NCBI GenBank assembly: GCA_002367815.1
Contig: DFDG01000055.1
Span: forward strand, 5,391 to 58,410
Direction: 5' to 3'
Length of the DNA: 53,020 nt
Origin: Opitutaceae bacterium UBA3033
Lineage (GTDB): Bacteria > Verrucomicrobiota > Verrucomicrobiia > Opitutales > Opitutaceae
The position numbers and the translations under genes were made by a program. This document shows positions 1 to 9,077 of the stretch, one piece after another (position 1 is the first letter of the stretch; each line of letters starts with the position of its first letter). Below the pieces are notes generated by a model that was not told where the DNA came from, ran no database searches, and was given only the letters and a program-made list of their open reading frames with translations.

Positions 1-335
1 TCGCGCAGTTCCGCCGATATCCTATCGCTGTTGAGCAGATTATCGTGCGTGAGCACGAGCTCATAGGTCGAAAGGTCGGACTCGCCATGCCGGAGAGTCC
101 AATTTTCGGGTTGTTTCCAAGCCCGACGCCCGACGACCCGGATTTCACCGTTGCCGGAGGTGATGTCCAAGCCCGACTTATCCACCCCCGGTAATTGCAC
201 GATCAGTTGATAGGCATCGTCGTTCTCGGTGATTTGATAGGCGGGTTTTTGCCCCGGCCCTGCGGATTTGGCCGTATCCGCAGGCGGTGGCAACGGCCGC
301 CTAATTGAGGGAATAATCGTATTGAGTAATGTCAT
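1..335 (-). CDS. Hsp20/alpha-crystallin small heat-shock protein (3' end runs off the window)
   Basis: Not in the ORF track. Manual translation from ATG at 335: MTLLNTIIPSIRRPLPPPADTAKSAGPGQKPAYQITENDDAYQLIVQLPGVDKSGLDITSGNGEIRVVGRR...ISAELR. AAAGGAG RBS upstream; tandem with the Hsp20 at 372-821. Confidence 0.85.
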   Translation of the reverse strand, partial: MTLLNTIIPSIRRPLPPPADTAKSAGPGQKPAYQITENDDAYQLIVQLPGVDKSGLDITSGNGEIRVVGRRAWKQPENWTLRHGESDLSTYELVLTHDNLLNSDRISAELR

Positions 336-371
336 GGTTGTTTCTCCTTTTGATGTTGGTTGCGCAGGGGA

Positions 372-821
372 TTACCTTACCGCGACGGTGATTTTCTTCG
401 GCTTCGATTCCTCGCGCCTCGGCAACGTGACTGTGAGCACACCGTTTTCACAGGACGCACTGACTTTGTCGGTTTGCACACTGTCAGGAATGCGGATCGA
501 ACGATTGACCGAGAAGGACTGTTCCTTGTCCCTGTCCTTGGTTTTGCGCGTGGCGTTGATGGTCAGGTGACCGTCGACCATCTCAATATGGATGTCGTCA
601 CGGTTGATCCCCGGCAGTTCGGCGCGGACGTAGGAGTTCTCCCTGTCTTCATACAAATCGACGGGAAATCGAGTGGATGATTCGCCCACAAAATTTCCAG
701 GCATAGAAGCGAACATGCGGTCGATCTCGCCCTCAAGACCGGCCCATGGTACGCGACCATAATCCCGGAGCACCGGAGCGTAACCGCGGGAGTAAGGTTG
801 GTTGTATCGTATAAGTCTCAT
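372..821 (-). CDS. Hsp20/alpha-crystallin small heat-shock protein
   Basis: PVDLYED..VRAELPGI, 'SASCENGVLTVTLP' and a C-terminal I-x-V motif (KKITVAV). Confidence 0.95.
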   Translation of the reverse strand: MRLIRYNQPYSRGYAPVLRDYGRVPWAGLEGEIDRMFASMPGNFVGESSTRFPVDLYEDRENSYVRAELPGINRDDIHIEMVDGHLTINATRKTKDRDKEQSFSVNRSIRIPDSVQTDKVSASCENGVLTVTLPRREESKPKKITVAVR

Positions 822-871
822 AATATTATTTTCTGGTTAAGTTATCGGCTTCAGTTCCGTGCCAATGGTTA

Positions 872-887
872 TGCATGCGCGGTGCCG
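872..887 (-). promoter_or_regulatory. Putative sigma54 (-24/-12) promoter for the hsp20 pair
   Basis: Minus strand CGGCACCGCGCATGCA has GG-N10-GC spacing like TGGCACG-N4-TTGCW, about 50 bp upstream of the start, next to an AT-rich stretch. Confidence 0.5.
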
Positions 888-1101
888 TTTATGGTTATAA
901 CCTTAACCCCATGTTTCAGAATCAGTTGGCTGCACCAGACCTTGAGCAGTGTGTAAAAACGACCCGACCTGCGACGTCACACGTGGGAAAAAATTGCACC
1001 GCAGAAACGACAATATTCGCCGAAGAATATGCCTTAACATTATGCCGGAGAAAATCCGTGCCCAATGACGTCGAACATGGTTAGGTGGGCGATTACATCG
1101 C

Positions 1102-2256
1102 ATGAATTTTAACTTTGATACCCCTACCAACCGTGTCGGCACGGATTCCCAGAAGTGGCAGAAATACGCCGGACGAGATGTGCTTCCCATGTGGGTAGCC
1201 GACATGGATTTCAAGTCCTCTCCAGCCATCCTCGCTGCCCTGCACGAACGGGTGGAGCACGGTATCTATGGCTATGCCCGACCGACCAAGGCGACCATGG
1301 ATGTAATGGTCGCGGCTATGGATTCGCGCTACGGATGGTCCATTGATCCCGCTTGGATCGTGTGGCTGCCGGGCCTGGTCTGCGGACTGAACGTAACCGC
1401 CCAAGCCTTTGCTGAACCGGGGGACGAAGTGCTCACGCTGGCCCCGATCTATCCTCCCTTCATCAGCGCACCGAAAAACAGTGCACGGGTTTCCGTTTCC
1501 GTTGATCTGCAACTCAAGGATGGCCGTTGGGACATTGATTGGGATGCGCTGAAGGCTGCGGTTACCCCGCGCACCAAACTTTTCCTCCTGTGCAATCCGC
1601 ACAATCCTGTCGCGCGCGTCTGGCGGCGCGAGGAACTGACCCGCATGGGCGAATTCTGTGTGCACCACAATCTCGTGCTCTGCAGCGACGAGATTCACTG
1701 CGATTTGATCCTCGATGATCTGCCGCATATTCCGACCGCCTTACTCGGCGAGGAAATTGCCCGACGCAGCATCACTTTGATGGCCCCGAGCAAGACCTAC
1801 AACGTGCCCGGACTAGGCACTTCGTTTGCGATCATTCCTGATGTTGGTTTACGCGCAAAGTTTGTGCGCGCCACCGCTGGCATTGTCGCAGAGGTCAATG
1901 CCCTCGGCTTCACTGCGTGTGAAGCCGCCTACCGCGACAGCGAACCATGGCGGCAAGGGCTTTTGGCCTATTTACGAGGCAATCGAGATCTGCTGCTCGA
2001 TTTCGTCGCCCGCGAACTTCCCGGAGTAACGATCGAAGCACCCATCGAAGCCACTTACCTGGCATGGTTGAATGTGCGGGAACTTGGTCTCAAGGATCCC
2101 ATCGCCCACTTCGAAGCGCATGGCGTAGGGCTGAGCGACGGTGCATTCTTTGGGGCACCCAAGGGCCATTATGTTCGCATCAATTTCGGCTGCACCCGCA
2201 GCACGTTGCAGGAGAGTCTTCAGTGCATGAAGAAAGCGGTCGCCGCCATCGCTTGA
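1102..2256 (+). CDS. MalY/PatB-family PLP-dependent C-S lyase (cystathionine beta-lyase-like)
   Basis: LPMWVADMDF, LCNPHNP, SDEIHCD, APSKTYN (PLP lysine), VRINFGC. Confidence 0.93.
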   Translation: MNFNFDTPTNRVGTDSQKWQKYAGRDVLPMWVADMDFKSSPAILAALHERVEHGIYGYARPTKATMDVMVAAMDSRYGWSIDPAWIVWLPGLVCGLNVTAQAFAEPGDEVLTLAPIYPPFISAPKNSARVSVSVDLQLKDGRWDIDWDALKAAVTPRTKLFLLCNPHNPVARVWRREELTRMGEFCVHHNLVLCSDEIHCDLILDDLPHIPTALLGEEIARRSITLMAPSKTYNVPGLGTSFAIIPDVGLRAKFVRATAGIVAEVNALGFTACEAAYRDSEPWRQGLLAYLRGNRDLLLDFVARELPGVTIEAPIEATYLAWLNVRELGLKDPIAHFEAHGVGLSDGAFFGAPKGHYVRINFGCTRSTLQESLQCMKKAVAAIA

Positions 2257-2300
2257 TCCGGAATTATCTTCCAGCGTGCCCCGGGCACTGACCGCAAAAA

Positions 2301-2343
2301 TCGTATCGAGAGTGTAACCCAATGGGTTCCACTTTCGATACGA
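2301..2343. repeat. Long imperfect palindrome, copy 1 (core GAGTGTAACC-CAATG-GGTTCCACTTT)
   Basis: TCGTATCGAGAGTGTAACCC-AAT-GGGTTCCACTTTCGATACGA: 20-bp arms with 2 mismatches. Confidence 0.9.
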
Positions 2344-2692
2344 CCAAAGTTCCTCCTTAACTAAAACTATGGATGGATCTCAGTGAGGCCTTGGCTGTTG
2401 CAGCCTTCACGGGAGCCCGTCGATTGCAAAATGCCACCGCCGGCGCCAGGGCGTCGGTTTGATCAGACGATCCGGATCAGACTCTCCTATGTGGAATGTC
2501 TGTATCACCATGCTAAGAAAAGATCTCAAACCTTAAGGTTCCAAAGTCCGACTGGTCAGATATCTGGGTGTTCCGCGGCAAAGAATAAATGACTTTCTCA
2601 CCGGTCGCAGCCGACTCCCCGACGCTGAATTCACTTTGCGCATGCTGCATTGGCTCTCCGAGCGTCGCGCCGGACGGGATCTACCGCTCTAG
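2322..2692 (+). pseudogene. Degraded small helix-turn-helix (XRE/Cro-like) protein gene
   Basis: Reconstructed reading: MGSTFDTTKVPP*LKLWMDLSEALAVAAFTGARRLQNA /frameshift ~2430-2445/ RRRQGVGLIRRSGSDSPMWNVCITMLRKDLKP*GSKVRLVRYLGVPRQRINDFLTGRSRLPDAEFTLRMLHWLSERRAGRDLPL*. In-frame TAA at 2358 and 2534. The 'LVRYLGVPRQRINDFLTG...P' segment has an XRE-HTH pattern. Confidence 0.7.
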
Positions 2693-2724
2693 CAAGAGTG
2701 TAACCTAATGGGTTACACTTTTGC
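2692..2724. repeat. Imperfect palindrome, copy 2 (core GAGTGTAACC-TAATG-GGTTACACTTT)
   Basis: GCAAGAGTGTAACC-TAATG-GGTTACACTTTTGC: 14-bp arms with 1 mismatch. The 26-nt core matches copy 1 at 24 positions, same orientation. Confidence 0.9.
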
Positions 2725-2771
2725 AGGGTTGTCGCGGGAATGGTGCTGGGTATAGTGGGGGACTTCGTTTC

Positions 2772-3884
2772 ATGCGTATCGGTGCCCACGAGCTTTCCAC
2801 CAACCTCTTTCTTTCGCCACTGGCGGGTTACACCAACCTGCCTTTTCGGGTCACGCTACGTGAGCTCGGCGGCCTCGGCTGGGCGACGACGGATCTCGTC
2901 AACGCCCGCTCCTTGATTGAACGCAATCGCAACGCTTTGAAGATGGTGGAGTCGTCGCCGGAGGATCGGCCGCTCGCGATCCAGCTCTTCGGCAGTGTGC
3001 CGGAGGAAATGCGCGACGCCGCACTAATGTGCGAGGAAATGGGCGCCCAATCCGTGGATATCAACATGGGTTGTCCGGTGAAAAAAGTTGTCAAGATCGG
3101 CGGCGGTTCCGCGATGATGACTGAACTCGACAAGACCGCAGCATTGGTTCGCGGCATGATCAAAGCCGTCAAAATCCCCGTCACGGCGAAAATGCGTTTG
3201 GGCTGGGATGATGACAACCTCACCGCCCCTGATCTGGCCCGGGTGCTGGAAGATACCGGGGTGGCCGCAATCTTCGTGCATGGTCGCACGCGAGCCCAAG
3301 GTTTCAGTGGGCGGGTAAACCTCGCGGGCATCAGAAGTGTGGTCAAAGCGGTGAAATCGATTCCGGTAATCGGCAACGGCGACGTCACTACTCCGGTCGC
3401 GGCCAAGCACATGCTGGAAGAAACCGGTTGCGCCGGGGTGAGTATTGGTCGGGGAGCATTTTATGATCCCTGGATATTTCGCCGCACCGCCCAATATTTT
3501 GAATCGGGCGAATTATTGGCCGAGCCGCCGTTTACCGAGCGGGTGCGAGTGATGCGCAGGCATTTCGAACGCTATTGCGAATTCTATGGTGAAGACCACG
3601 GTGCCCGGCTGTTTCGCAAAGTCGCCCCGTGGTATGCAAAGCGTTTCGGACCCGCGAAGCCTTTCAAGCAGCGCATTATCACCATCAGGTCACGAACGGA
3701 TTTCGAAACGGTGCTGGCCGAATACATTGAGTGGCGTTCACAGTATTGCGACGAAGAGGGCGAATTATTGCCCCGCTTTGCCCTAGGGCCGATGACGGCT
3801 TCGTTTATGAGCGACGAAGCCGAGCCGGCCGGTTTGAACCGCAGTGCCATCCCGGTGCCCAAAGGCCCAGTTGATGTTTGGTAA
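2772..3884 (+). CDS. dusB: tRNA-dihydrouridine synthase DusB family
   Basis: LSPLAGYTN, IQLFG, DINMGCP, KMRLGWDD, VHGRTR, VIGNGDV, IGRGA. Start moved to ATG 2772. Confidence 0.9.
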   Translation: MRIGAHELSTNLFLSPLAGYTNLPFRVTLRELGGLGWATTDLVNARSLIERNRNALKMVESSPEDRPLAIQLFGSVPEEMRDAALMCEEMGAQSVDINMGCPVKKVVKIGGGSAMMTELDKTAALVRGMIKAVKIPVTAKMRLGWDDDNLTAPDLARVLEDTGVAAIFVHGRTRAQGFSGRVNLAGIRSVVKAVKSIPVIGNGDVTTPVAAKHMLEETGCAGVSIGRGAFYDPWIFRRTAQYFESGELLAEPPFTERVRVMRRHFERYCEFYGEDHGARLFRKVAPWYAKRFGPAKPFKQRIITIRSRTDFETVLAEYIEWRSQYCDEEGELLPRFALGPMTASFMSDEAEPAGLNRSAIPVPKGPVDVW

Positions 3885-3938
3885 GTCCGAAGCTCAATCT
3901 TTGCCAGTAACACAAAATTCTGCCTTCGTGACTCGGAC

Positions 3939-4619
3939 ATGAATACTGTGAGCCATTTCTGGGGTTTGATTCTCGCGACCGTAATCGCACTGTTGCCGTT
4001 GATCAATCCGTTCGCGGCGGCCCCCACATTTCTGGCCATCACCGAAGGCGACACCCCGGCGCGGCGGAACCAACAACTGCGGATGGCTTGTATCTACATG
4101 GTGGCGATCCTGATCAGTTTTCTGATCGGCGGGACATTCATCATGGGATTTTTCGGTATTTCCATCCCCGGGTTGCGCATTGCCGGTGGCTTGCTTGTGG
4201 CCGGCATCGGCTCGGGCATGTTGGTTGCGGGCCCAAAGGACGCCAACCAAACCAAGCAGGAACAGGAAGCCGCCAGAGCCAAACGTGATATCGCATTTTC
4301 GCCCCTCGCCATGCCGATGTTGAGTGGTCCCGGGGCCATCGCGGTCACGATCGGTCTCACTTCACTTTCCACCGCATGGACCGACTACATCGCAATCATC
4401 ATTGGAATCCTGATCGTCGCGATCATCATTTATGCAACCCTGAGACTTTCCGGAAAAATCGTGATCGTGATTGGACAGGGCGGGATGAACGCCCTCACCA
4501 AAGTGATGGGATTCCTGATCCTCTGTGTCGGCATTCAATTCATCGTCAATGGGGTGATCGGAATCGCCACCGATCCCGAATTACTACACCAAATCCGTGA
4601 TGTGTTTACCGCCAAGTGA
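3939..4619 (+). CDS. MarC family (NAAT) membrane protein
   Basis: LINPF, FGISIPGLRIAGG, PLAMPMLSGPGAI, six hydrophobic segments. Confidence 0.92.
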   Translation: MNTVSHFWGLILATVIALLPLINPFAAAPTFLAITEGDTPARRNQQLRMACIYMVAILISFLIGGTFIMGFFGISIPGLRIAGGLLVAGIGSGMLVAGPKDANQTKQEQEAARAKRDIAFSPLAMPMLSGPGAIAVTIGLTSLSTAWTDYIAIIIGILIVAIIIYATLRLSGKIVIVIGQGGMNALTKVMGFLILCVGIQFIVNGVIGIATDPELLHQIRDVFTAK

Positions 4620-4640
4620 TATGATCCAGGCCTAATAGGC

Positions 4641-5888
4641 TCAGAGATATTTGCGTTTGACCGTAGCGCCAGTGGTGTCGCGGAAAATAATACTCCGGGT
4701 TTCAGATTCGACATGGTCAAACGTGATGCCCAACGAGATATCCACCACATCTCCTTCATTAAAGAGTCGCCCATTGATCAATGCCCGGGCTGGTTTGCCT
4801 TGAAACACCCCGGTAATCGAAAGCCCTGCGACATGAGAATTAAACTCAGCGCTGGCTTCGGCCGCTTCAACAACCGTAGTGACGGTGGCGGTGATGTTCG
4901 CAGAAATTTGCGATTGAGAAGTGGTGGAAACCTTTTCTTCTTCTGCGGCGGTCGCGGGGATAAATTGAATCCCTTCCTCAGGTTCAATAACCTCGGCCAC
5001 CGGATCGGCCAAGCCAGCATCGTGTTCCGCCGCCACGTCCTTGGCTTTTTCGACCAACTTACCCGCAAGGGATGCCGGTTCGGCTGGAGCCACTGGTTGC
5101 GGTTTCACCACCACAGGCCTTGGGGATAACACCAGCGGCGGAGGATCCATCAATATTTGCTGGGCAAAAAATCCCGCCAGGCCCAAAACTACGACCAGGA
5201 TCAAAAGTACGAGTATGGTCTTGGGGGGCTTGCCCGGAATTCGTCTTTTCTTTGGAGCTGAAGGTTTCGCCTTTTCTTCTTCAACCTCGGCATCCGCTTC
5301 GTCAGCAGGAGGTGGTGCGGCATCAGTTTTCAACGCCAACTTAGGAACCGGAGGTGGTGCGGCCGCACCACTGGGAGCTGCGGGGGGAGGAGCCAACGGG
5401 GTAGACTCGGCAGAGACAGGCGGAGTCTCCATTGGGGGAATGGGGTCGGGCGCTTTGGCCTTAAGTTTGAACCTGAACGCATTATCATCTGCAGGGGCGG
5501 CAGCTGGCGGGCTTGGCGGCGCAACCGGAGGTGGGGTTGAAGCTACAGGGGCTGGGGAATTTTCGGCAGGACTGGATTCACTGGGGGTGGCAGCGGCATC
5601 CAGTTTCAGCTTGGGCTTGAGTCGAAATCATCCGGGGGCAGGAGCTGCAATGGCCGGAGGATTCTCTGCTGATTTTTCTGCCGCCGTTTCGGTCTTTTTT
5701 TCCGGTTCAGAATCCGACGATAATCGTGGCTTCAGTTTTAGTTTTGGGGCTTCGGTATCTGGAGTGCTGGTTGTTTCCGTCGAAGCCGAAGTCTCTGGCT
5801 GTGGTGCAGATGCCTATGGAGTGGACGCATCATCGGCTCGCAAACGGGGCTTCAGACGCAACGGAGGGGGCTTGGACTCATCACTCGT
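4641..5888 (-). pseudogene. Pro/Ala-rich single-pass membrane protein with a GspB/PilP-like C-terminal domain; 5' half disrupted (open part 4641-5432)
   Basis: The same frame extends upstream to ACG-AGT-GAT-GAG ([M]SDESKPPPLRLKPRL) at 5888 but has TAG at 5814-5816 and TGA at 5628-5630. TM segment ILVLLILVVVLGLAGFF. C-terminus ITGVFQGKPARALINGRLFNEGD. Confidence 0.65.
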
Positions 5889-5981
5889 GGCAGAAAAGAG
5901 TTAACACAAATTTTGAATAGCGCGAAAACAAAAAGATTCGCTCGCGGTCAAACAGACCGATCCCAACAGTAAAATCAAACC

Positions 5982-6239
5982 ATGTCTGATAAAAAGCACC
6001 GCATCCTACTTTGCCTGTTCCTCGCCACCCCGATGCTTTCGGGTTGTTTCTCCTGGAAAAAGAAAGCTCCGGAGGACAAAACCATTACGGTGCAGGTTGA
6101 ACAGTCATTCAAGCAGCGCTGGATCGAAAGACGTAGCACGGAGTTGATCGGGCAGGGTAAACCGGCGGATATCGCGCTGGCCCAAGCTGTTCAGGAATTT
6201 CGCACGCGTTACGAATTTACCGGCGCCGCGCAGGAATGA
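5982..6239 (+). CDS. Small hypothetical lipoprotein
   Basis: Signal peptide with lipobox LSGC; stop overlaps the rarD start (ATGA). Confidence 0.75.
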   Translation: MSDKKHRILLCLFLATPMLSGCFSWKKKAPEDKTITVQVEQSFKQRWIERRSTELIGQGKPADIALAQAVQEFRTRYEFTGAAQE

Positions 6240-7216
6240 ATTCACTGGACAGTCAGGCGTCGACCCGGGGCGTGTTGGCTGCTTTGACCTGTTACATCGC
6301 CTGGGGCATATTTCCGCTCTATTGGCGCTTGTTGGCCGAAGTCGATGCCACGGAACTGATCGCCCACAGACTGTTCTGGACGATGTTGTTTACCGTCCCG
6401 CTGCTGTGGTGGCGTAATGGCTTTGCCGCAGTTTATGAGGTTTTTTCTTCGGGCCGGGCCTTGCGACTTTATGCCCTGAGTGGAGTGCTCCTAACGCTCA
6501 ATTGGTTGGTTTTCGTCTGGGCGATCAACAACGGCCACGTGATTGAGACCAGTCTGGGGTATTTTCTCGTGCCCTTGGTCAACATCGCCCTCGGCTGGAG
6601 TGTCCTGCACGAACGTCTGCGCAAGGCCCAGTGGGTGGCCATCGCATTCGCGGCGGCGGGTGTGGGCTGGCAATTGATCCTGCTCGGGCGATTGCCGTGG
6701 ATCGCGCTGGCCCTGGCCATTACTTTTGGCACTTACGGATTATTGCGCAAACAGTCACCCTTGGGGTCACTCGCTGGATTGACCGTGGAGACCCTGCTAC
6801 TCGCTCCACTGGCGGGAGCATTTTTACTTTGGCGGGCAGTGACCGAAACCGGGGCGCTGGGTTCGGCACCAACCGGCACCCAATTGATCGTATTAACCAC
6901 CGGAGTGGTCACCGCCTTGCCCTTGCTATTGTTTGCCTACGGGGCACGACGTTTGAAACTCTCCACGCTAGGACTGCTCCAATACGCCGCACCAACCGTC
7001 CAATTCGCACTGGGCGTGTGGTATTACCACGAGGGATTCAGTCTGGCCCGCGCGCAGTCATTCAGTCTGATTTGGATCGGGTTGATAATCTACACCACCG
7101 ACGCCCTATGGACCCAAAGCAGGGGGAATCACATGGGTGCCACCGCCACCAACTGCATCGTGAAAACCAAAGTGGCATCAGGCGGAATTTTAGGTGACGA
7201 TCCCCGCGTGCCATAA
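6236..7216 (+). CDS. rarD: EamA/DMT transporter RarD
   Basis: YIAWGIFPLYW, ELIAHR, ETSLGYFLVPL, LGLLQYAAPT; about 10 TM segments. Confidence 0.9.
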   Translation: MNSLDSQASTRGVLAALTCYIAWGIFPLYWRLLAEVDATELIAHRLFWTMLFTVPLLWWRNGFAAVYEVFSSGRALRLYALSGVLLTLNWLVFVWAINNGHVIETSLGYFLVPLVNIALGWSVLHERLRKAQWVAIAFAAAGVGWQLILLGRLPWIALALAITFGTYGLLRKQSPLGSLAGLTVETLLLAPLAGAFLLWRAVTETGALGSAPTGTQLIVLTTGVVTALPLLLFAYGARRLKLSTLGLLQYAAPTVQFALGVWYYHEGFSLARAQSFSLIWIGLIIYTTDALWTQSRGNHMGATATNCIVKTKVASGGILGDDPRVP

Positions 7217-7617
7217 GCCAGCTCCGGTGGAATTATCACCAGCCACTTGTCGCCCGGTCTCATCAGTTTGATGATTTGATCCCAACCTTGGATAACTTTG
7301 CCCCGACCAAGGAGGAAAGTGAACGGCTTCTGCGGATCAATCTGTTGGTCAAACGTCTCCCCATTGATCAAACGCCCGATATAGACCAACGAAACTTTGT
7401 CGCCTCGTTTAGCCTTCTCACCGCTACCACTCTCCAACACCAGATAACGTATTCCGGTGTTGGATTTTTTTGCGCTGGGGAAATTTTCTTCCACCCAAAT
7501 CAGATCCTGCGGAGGCAGTTTTTCCCGCTGCGCATACAGCGCACAGGGCGAAACAAATAAGAGCAACAAGAGGACACGGCGGCAATACATGCAGTAACCA
7601 TTAGCAAACTGTTTCAT
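7129..7617 (-). CDS. FKBP-type peptidyl-prolyl cis-trans isomerase with signal peptide
   Basis: VYIGRLINGETFD, GRGKVIQGWD, IPPELAYG, IPPDATLVF. Start at 7617 (ATGA overlap with UDG) or 7590. Confidence 0.92.
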   Translation of the reverse strand: MKQFANGYCMYCRRVLLLLLFVSPCALYAQREKLPPQDLIWVEENFPSAKKSNTGIRYLVLESGSGEKAKRGDKVSLVYIGRLINGETFDQQIDPQKPFTFLLGRGKVIQGWDQIIKLMRPGDKWLVIIPPELAYGTRGSSPKIPPDATLVFTMQLVAVAPM

Positions 7618-8234
7618 GAATACACGGATTTTTTTACGGCAGAATGTTCGGCCACCAATCGCAGGGCCTTTTGCAGCAAGGAAAGTCCGGGCTCCATCCG
7701 ATGCCACGGTGATGCCCCGGACGGATGCGGGAGAGGCACGCAATCGGCAGTATGGCCATCGTAAGTAATGGAAAACTGCTGCCCGATGGTCTCACTCAAC
7801 GGAGCAATGTGTATAAATTGGCTGATGGCCAACTTGCCCACTGGAAGCACCAGAGCCGGTTGCAACAGATCGAACTCACGCCTCAGCCAATGGGCACAGC
7901 TTTCAATCTCCTTCGGCGCAGGCACCCGATCACCGCCGGTCGGTTTCTTGCCCGGAAAGCACCGGCAAACCGCAGCAAAATATATCCGTTCCCGCACTTC
8001 ATCCTCCGTCCAACCCAGACCGGCCTGAAACCATTTGAAAAGCGTCTTTCCTGCGGTCCATGCAAACGGCCGACCCAGCTTGGGCTCCTTGTCACCCGGT
8101 GCTTGCCCCACCAACAGTATCCTACTCGTTATTGGTCGCCCAACCACCACTGGCTTATGCATCAGTGGGCATCGCCCGCACTGCTTAAGTGCGAGCAAAT
8201 GTTTTTCAATCGGTGATGGTTTGGATGGGGCCAC
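7614..8234 (-). CDS. Uracil-DNA glycosylase superfamily protein
   Basis: CxxC, VGQAPG, CRCFPG, LPHPSG. Confidence 0.88.
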   Translation of the reverse strand: MAPSKPSPIEKHLLALKQCGRCPLMHKPVVVGRPITSRILLVGQAPGDKEPKLGRPFAWTAGKTLFKWFQAGLGWTEDEVRERIYFAAVCRCFPGKKPTGGDRVPAPKEIESCAHWLRREFDLLQPALVLPVGKLAISQFIHIAPLSETIGQQFSITYDGHTADCVPLPHPSGASPWHRMEPGLSLLQKALRLVAEHSAVKKSVYS

Positions 8235-8302
8235 AATTAACGGGATGTAGATCGAGTGCGTATTGGAAAGTTACAAAACAATCGCCACGTTTCCGAATCA
8301 AC

Positions 8303-9073
8303 TTAGCTCGATATCTGCCGGCGAATCCACCCCATCGCTTGATCAGCGGATCCCGCGGGGGTGGTGTGACCTCGAGGTTCAGGCAGCACGTGTAATTCCA
8401 CAGCTCCCGCACGTGACAGCAGATCATGCGTAACTTCGGCGATGCGATCCGCCAAGGCGATCGCGCAATCGGTGCCCACCCGAGCATCTTGATCACCGAT
8501 GACCATCCAGACCTGTTTCTGGGCGAGGTGGGCCGCGTGCGAAGTCAAAGCGAGCGTGCGGACCAGATAATTCTGCTCCGCCCCGTGAAATTCCCTTAAT
8601 GCCAAGAGATCCGTCACCGGTGCAAATGCAGCGATGCATTTTACCCGGGGATCAAAGGCGGCAAAGTGCATCGCCAGAAAGCCCCCGCGCGAGGTGCCGC
8701 AAACCGCCACCTTCGCCGCATCGGTGCGACCGTTCGCGATCAAATGGTCGAGCACATGCGCCAATCGCTGATTGCTTTCAGCCACGAAATTCTCTCCCGC
8801 ATCAGCGCGAAAACGCCAACCGTCCAACTGTTGAGGCTCACCCTCCCGGTGTTCCAAGCCATGACACGGCAGATCGATCGACACGCATTGCCAACCTTGA
8901 TGCGTCAGCGCGGTGCCGCATTGACGAAAATAATCACTAGCAAGCGTGCCCTCAATCGTGTTGGCCAAAATGAACAGGGTCGGCACCGGCGGGTTAGATT
9001 CGCAACCCCAAAGACCAAAGCGAACGCCTTGATCCGTCTCGCCTATCCGCAGCACTGGATCTGGGTTCTCCAC
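8303..9073 (-). CDS. Alpha/beta-hydrolase (esterase/dienelactone-hydrolase-like)
   Basis: IDLPCHG, nucleophile elbow GTSRGG, Asp in GDQD, His in RGH. GTG start just after the upstream stop. Confidence 0.8.
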   Translation of the reverse strand: MENPDPVLRIGETDQGVRFGLWGCESNPPVPTLFILANTIEGTLASDYFRQCGTALTHQGWQCVSIDLPCHGLEHREGEPQQLDGWRFRADAGENFVAESNQRLAHVLDHLIANGRTDAAKVAVCGTSRGGFLAMHFAAFDPRVKCIAAFAPVTDLLALREFHGAEQNYLVRTLALTSHAAHLAQKQVWMVIGDQDARVGTDCAIALADRIAEVTHDLLSRAGAVELHVLPEPRGHTTPAGSADQAMGWIRRQISS

Positions 9074-9077
9074 GCAA

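Noticed and set aside
849-865. Second sigma54 site TGGCACGGAACTGAAG upstream of hsp20
   Set aside because: It has a good -24 element but no GC at -12.
2383-2592. 69-aa ORF from the track
   Set aside because: It is in a different frame from both segments of the reconstructed HTH gene and has no protein-like features.
2301-2724. CRISPR array from the two palindromic repeats
   Set aside because: Only two copies, ~390 bp apart, with a gene remnant between them and no cas genes.
5628-5816. Stop-codon reassignment, selenocysteine or pyrrolysine as an explanation for in-frame TAG/TGA
   Set aside because: TAG, TGA and TAA all terminate conserved genes elsewhere in the window, the start codon is also altered, and the context is a disordered linker.
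5041-5904. 287-aa Gly/Ala/Ser-rich plus-strand ORF
   Set aside because: It is the antisense mirror of the Pro-rich minus-strand gene, which has the TM segment, repeated motifs and folded C-domain.
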